Shown in pieces: positions 41,494-44,675 of a DNA stretch of 44,675 nucleotides (position 1 is the first letter of the stretch; each line of letters starts with the position of its first letter). Both the position numbers and the translations under genes were made by a program. The stretch lies in assembly GCA_035707305.1 (NCBI GenBank), contig DASSUE010000187.1:1-44675 (forward strand), given 5' to 3'. Below the pieces are notes generated by a model, which worked only from the letters and a program-made list of their open reading frames with translations, was not told the origin of the DNA and ran no database searches. This stretch comes from Gemmatimonadales bacterium (lineage in GTDB: Bacteria > Gemmatimonadota > Gemmatimonadetes > Gemmatimonadales > GWC2-71-9).

Positions 41494-42330
41494 ATGGAGC
41501 TTCAAAGAATCGTCGTCGCGGCGGATGAGTCGGAGGCCAGCCGGCAGGGGATCCGGACGGCACTGGCTTGGGGGTCGGCTCTGGCTGCCCCCGTCACGCT
41601 ATATCACGTGGTCTCGCGGACGCCAGCTGCGGCGCTAGTGCCGGTGGGTGGGCCTGAATCAAAGCGGTCTTGCGCTGGCGACGCACTCGGCGCGCTGGAG
41701 GCATGGGTGACGGCCGAGCTGGCCGATCAGCCCGACCGTGTCGCCCCCGCAGTGGAGACGGGGTACGGCCTCCCGGGCGTCGAGATCCCCCGATTCGCCG
41801 AACGCTTAGGCGCGGAGCTGCTCGTGCTGGGTCGTAAGCCGCGTTCCAACGCCCAACGAATGTTCCAGGGGGATACCGCAGACGCCGTCGCGCGGCGCAG
41901 CACCGTCCCATGCCTGTTCGTGCGAAAGCCCCTTCTCGCCCCCGCCCGCATGCTTGTGGCGGTCGATGGGACCGAACGGGGCATGACGGTCCTCGAATTC
42001 GCCCGAAGCGTCGCGGCGCGGCTCAACACCACTCTCAGCGGAGTGATCGTGGAACGTTCGTTTGCCGGGGAGGCTGCCAGCCTCGCGACCTCGGTGCCGG
42101 CTGCTCGAACAGCCGCGCTGCAGCGACGGGTCAACGGCGCGCTCCGGCCACTGCTGGTGCGCCGTGGGGATGCGGCTGCCGAGATCTTGCAGGCGGCGGA
42201 GGAGGTGGGCGCTGAGGTGATCGTCATCGGTTACCGACGGGGAGGACCGCCGGGCGTCATCGAGGCTGGCAGTGTGGCGCGCTACGTCTCCCATCACGCA
42301 CGGTGCGCTGTTCTTACCGTCCCACTCTGA
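41494..42330 (+). CDS. Tandem universal stress protein
   Basis: 278 aa. RIVVAADESEASRQGI...LLVLGRKPRSNAQRMFQGDTADAVARRSTVPCLFV and a second repeat MLVAVDGTERGM...VIVIGYRRGGPPGVIEAGSVARYVSHHARCAVLTV. Confidence 0.85.
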   Translation: MELQRIVVAADESEASRQGIRTALAWGSALAAPVTLYHVVSRTPAAALVPVGGPESKRSCAGDALGALEAWVTAELADQPDRVAPAVETGYGLPGVEIPRFAERLGAELLVLGRKPRSNAQRMFQGDTADAVARRSTVPCLFVRKPLLAPARMLVAVDGTERGMTVLEFARSVAARLNTTLSGVIVERSFAGEAASLATSVPAARTAALQRRVNGALRPLLVRRGDAAAEILQAAEEVGAEVIVIGYRRGGPPGVIEAGSVARYVSHHARCAVLTVPL

Positions 42331-42347
42331 GCTGAAGGGAGGAGTTC

Positions 42348-42557
42348 ATGCTGCGTAACATCACCAAACCGGAACGGGTATTTCGGCTGATTGTGGGAGT
42401 GGTGATCCTGGGCCTGTTCGGTGCGCTCCCGTCGCCGTGGAAGTATCTCACCCTGGTCGGGCTCATCCCGCTGGGTACAGCACTGACCGGATCCTGCCCC
42501 ATCTACTCGGCGATCGGCTGGAACGCGAATGTCGGATCGAAGGGGGGTCAAACATGA
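42348..42557 (+). CDS. DUF2892 (YgaP-like) small membrane protein
   Basis: 69 aa. RVFRLIVGVVILGLFG...LVGLIPLGTALTGSCPIYSAIG carries the family's two TM helices and G-x-C-P-x-Y motif. RBS GGGAGGAG. Confidence 0.75.
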   Translation: MLRNITKPERVFRLIVGVVILGLFGALPSPWKYLTLVGLIPLGTALTGSCPIYSAIGWNANVGSKGGQT

Positions 42558-43012
42558 ACACCGATTCGACGGTAGTCGGACCGATGCTGGGACAGCTTCA
42601 TCAGAGCATCCGTCAGGAACTCGATGGAGTCCTCCTCGCGGCGTGCGCGCCCGACGCGGGGCCTTGGCAGCAGTGGGCGGCCGTGCGATTGCTCGACACC
42701 GAGCTCCGCCCGCGCCTGCGGAGAGAGCGGGATCTGGTACACACCGTGCTTCGTGACGCACCGGCCGGCATCGTTGAACAACTCTGGTCGCTCGGTGAGC
42801 TGCTCGAGGCGCTCGGCCACCGGCTTTGCGAGGTAGGTCGGACCGGGCAGCGGGCGCCTGAGTTTGTCCGGATCGCCGACAAATACCGACTCGCGCTGGA
42901 GTATTGGTGTCGCGCAGTCGAGGCAGCCGCCGGTGAAGTTAGCATCGCACTCGCGCCGCCACAGCTACTTGAGTGGCTCGAAACCATGGCAGAGCCCGCA
43001 CCCGCCATGTAG
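42554..43012 (+). CDS. Uncharacterised P-family protein, copy 4 (most divergent)
   Basis: ATGA overlap with the DUF2892 stop. MLGQLHQSI..WQQWAAVRLLDTELRPRLRRERDLV...YWCRAVEAAAG..ALAPPQLL keeps the conserved H, W-x-A-x-R-x-L, E-R and W-x4-E positions of copies 1-3. Confidence 0.55.
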   Translation: MNTDSTVVGPMLGQLHQSIRQELDGVLLAACAPDAGPWQQWAAVRLLDTELRPRLRRERDLVHTVLRDAPAGIVEQLWSLGELLEALGHRLCEVGRTGQRAPEFVRIADKYRLALEYWCRAVEAAAGEVSIALAPPQLLEWLETMAEPAPAM

Positions 43013-43203
43013 CGATGCGTTGCGTGTGCTACCGATGGTGCCGCGGCACCGACGCGCGCTGGTCACCACCGTGCGCGACCGCTCCCCAGGACTAGGGCCG
43101 GTCCCTGAAGGCATGGCGGCGCGGCGATCATTGAAGGGCGATGGGGGCCTACCACCGGCTCACCTGCGGATCCTCCCTGCAGGTCTCAGGAGGCCAGCCG
43201 AGT

Positions 43204-43920
43204 ATGAAGCGCACCCTCGGAACAGTTCGATTGGGCGGCGCGGTCCTGGGCGCCGCCGGTATCGCGGCGCTTTCCTATGCGGGTTATGCCGCGACGACAT
43301 GGGCGCGGTACGGGCGCCGCGATGCCCCACATAGTCCTGACCCGCTGCTCGATCGCTTCATGCCCGACTACGAGGTTGCCGAGCGGCACGAGCTGCGCGT
43401 CCGCGCGCCGGCTGAGATCGTATACTCGGCCGCGTGCAACCTTGACCTCACCTCGTCCCCGGTCGTGCGAGCGCTCTTCGCTGGCCGGTCATTGATCATG
43501 GGAGCAAAAGGGTCTCGAAGCGAGCCACCCGGGCCCCTCCTGCAATACATGCAGGCGCTTGGGTGGGGGCTTCTCTCCGAAGTGGCCGGGCGCAAGGCCG
43601 TGTTCGGTGCCTTCACGCAGCCGTGGCGCGCTGAGGTTGCCCTCCATCGCGTGCCACCGGACGAGTTCGCGGCCTTCGCGCACCCCGGATACGCGAAAAT
43701 CGTCTGGACGATCGAAGCCGAACCAGCGGCCGGCGACGGCTCCATCGCTCGGACCGAGACCCGGGTCACCACGACCGATCCAGAGTCGCGCGAGCGGTTC
43801 CGCCGCTACTGGGCGGCGTTCTCGCCGGGGATTCTCCTGATCCGTCGCCAGTTGCTCAGAGCAATTCGTCGGGAGGCGGAGCGGGCTTGGATGGCCCGGC
43901 GAGTCCCGGCGACCATCTAG
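43204..43920 (+). CDS. Hypothetical membrane-anchored protein (possible SRPBCC/START-like fold)
   Basis: The ATG at 43204 has AGGAGG upstream. It has an N-terminal TM helix (LGGAVLGAAGIAALSYAGYAA) followed by a ~200-aa soluble domain. The fold guess rests only on the mixed beta/alpha sequence character. Confidence 0.4.
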   Translation: MKRTLGTVRLGGAVLGAAGIAALSYAGYAATTWARYGRRDAPHSPDPLLDRFMPDYEVAERHELRVRAPAEIVYSAACNLDLTSSPVVRALFAGRSLIMGAKGSRSEPPGPLLQYMQALGWGLLSEVAGRKAVFGAFTQPWRAEVALHRVPPDEFAAFAHPGYAKIVWTIEAEPAAGDGSIARTETRVTTTDPESRERFRRYWAAFSPGILLIRRQLLRAIRREAERAWMARRVPATI

Positions 43921-44400
43921 AAGTGAGGAGGAAGGTGGATCGTAGCGTCCACCCGGGGATCACCGCGGCGCCGTGCATCATGACGTGCGCGAGAAACGGC
44001 CCAGCGGGCTCCCGGCCGGCAGGTGGCTGCAGCACACCGCGCACCAGCGAGATGCCGAAATCCGAGCCCACCGCCGATGCCGCTGAGCCAGCGTCGGCGA
44101 CCTGATCACCAGCGTGACCAGCAGTGTTCCGACGACAACCAGCCACACCACCGCGAATATTGGAAACAACCCGCCGATGCGGGCATGTAGCAGCATCCTA
44201 TCGTCCTCTCCGTCGATCGCCGGCTGAGTCGCCGCCCGAAGCGCGTTCACGATCACTGCAGTATCGATCGCCGCGTGGAGCGGCGCACCAACCGTCGGCC
44301 CGAGGCCTGCTGCCGCGGCGATCATTGCTGCGCCGCTCAACCCCCCAGCCGCAGCTACTGGATCGGCTCGAGGCGACGGCGGAACTCGCGCCGGCGACAT
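43921..44400 (-). pseudogene. Remnant duplicate of the ATPase 3' end plus the downstream membrane gene (paralogous to about 36946-37760)
   Basis: The minus strand encodes GGLSGAAMIAAAAGLGPTVGAPLHAAIDTAVIVNALRAA, compared with the ATPase C-terminus [42 protein letters not shown]. It also encodes ...PFLAHVMMHGAAVIPG, compared with PILAHVVMHGAAVIHG. DNA similarity is visible (ggatcaccgc.gcgcc.tgcat.a..ac.tgcgcgaga). No ATPase body is present, and the frames are broken. Confidence 0.5.
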
Positions 44401-44438
44401 CGCTGCGCGCTCGGCTCTGGACCAGCCAGTACGGCGCT

Positions 44439-44675
44439 TTATTGACGCGGAGAGGACGTCGGCTTTTTCGGGGTGGTCGCGGTCCACCCGATGGGCAGGG
44501 CAGCGTCGGCCGGGGCGTCCGCATGGGGGAGCGCCACTCCGTCCGGAATGCACGAGAGAATCTTCGCGGCGCGCTGGGCGCCGGTGGGGTGCAGGTTGTC
44601 GAACCGGAAGGGCCCCAGGCGCGTGAAGAACTCGAGGGCGGCCGACACCGCGACACCGTTCCGCTCGGCGAGCGC
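44439..44675 (-). CDS. C-terminal part of a possible SGNH/GDSL-family hydrolase (partial; N-terminus beyond window end)
   Basis: The minus-strand frame reads ALAERNGVAVSAALEFFTRLGPFRFDNLHPTGAQRAAKILSCI... D-x-x-H-P-x-x-x-G is like SGNH block V. Only about 78 codons are visible. Confidence 0.35.
   Translation of the reverse strand, partial: ALAERNGVAVSAALEFFTRLGPFRFDNLHPTGAQRAAKILSCIPDGVALPHADAPADAALPIGWTATTPKKPTSSPRQ

Noticed and set aside
1-44675. Search for mobile-element hallmarks (integrase, transposase, tRNA-flanked island borders, long terminal repeats)
   Set aside because: None was recognised in any frame. The accessory character of the 13-44 kb region is inferred only from gene remnants, duplications and content, not from mobility genes.

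Overview
G+C-rich bacterial chromosomal segment with dense coding and many ATGA/GTGA/TGATG start-stop overlaps that define operons. I found no rRNA, tRNA, CRISPR array, transposase or integrase. The window has three sectors. (1) 1-9.05 kb holds N-oxide respiration genes. A minus-strand clade II (Sec/lipobox-type) nitrous-oxide reductase operon reads cupredoxin-nosZ-nosB-like-nosD-nosF-nosL, with no nosY between nosF and nosL. A divergent plus-strand operon encodes an Rrf2/NsrR-like regulator, two paralogous 4-TM proteins carrying the haem-copper-oxidase helix-X AHxH motif, and nrfH-nrfA. All five NrfA haem motifs are CxxCH. (2) 9-13 kb holds small stress operons: yceI, an NAD(P)H oxidoreductase, a DinB-like protein, two secreted or lipoproteins and a ferritin-like protein. 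(3) 13-44 kb is a large dormancy/hypoxia-type stress island whose gene content resembles the mycobacterial DosR regulon. It includes tandem USPs, a BON protein, a PRTase plus dienelactone hydrolase, and a thymidine/AMP-phosphorylase-like plus Prs-like pair. It also includes RtcB plus archease, an eRF1-like (baeRF) protein, an erythromycin-esterase-like protein, an orphan GroEL, a TreT-like GT4 and a P1B ATPase. A DosS-like GAF histidine kinase is paired with an OmpR-type regulator. The main candidates for something undescribed are these. (a) A ~155-aa protein family with no motif I recognise, present in four copies that each sit in or at the head of a stress module. (b) A Pho-box-like promoter architecture of 11-bp-phased CTTCA(C/T) direct repeats, followed by a TAnnnT-like hexamer, found upstream of about ten operons including the nos operon. 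(c) The baeRF / RtcB-archease / EreA-like / PRTase-hydrolase / phosphorylase-Prs gene set wired to two two-component systems. The island also contains real gene decay: a USP, an mgtE, a membrane protein, a cheB remnant and a duplicated ATPase 3' remnant. A ~110-nt intergenic repeat occurs twice. All calls come from reading the sequence and ORF track by eye. No database search was run.
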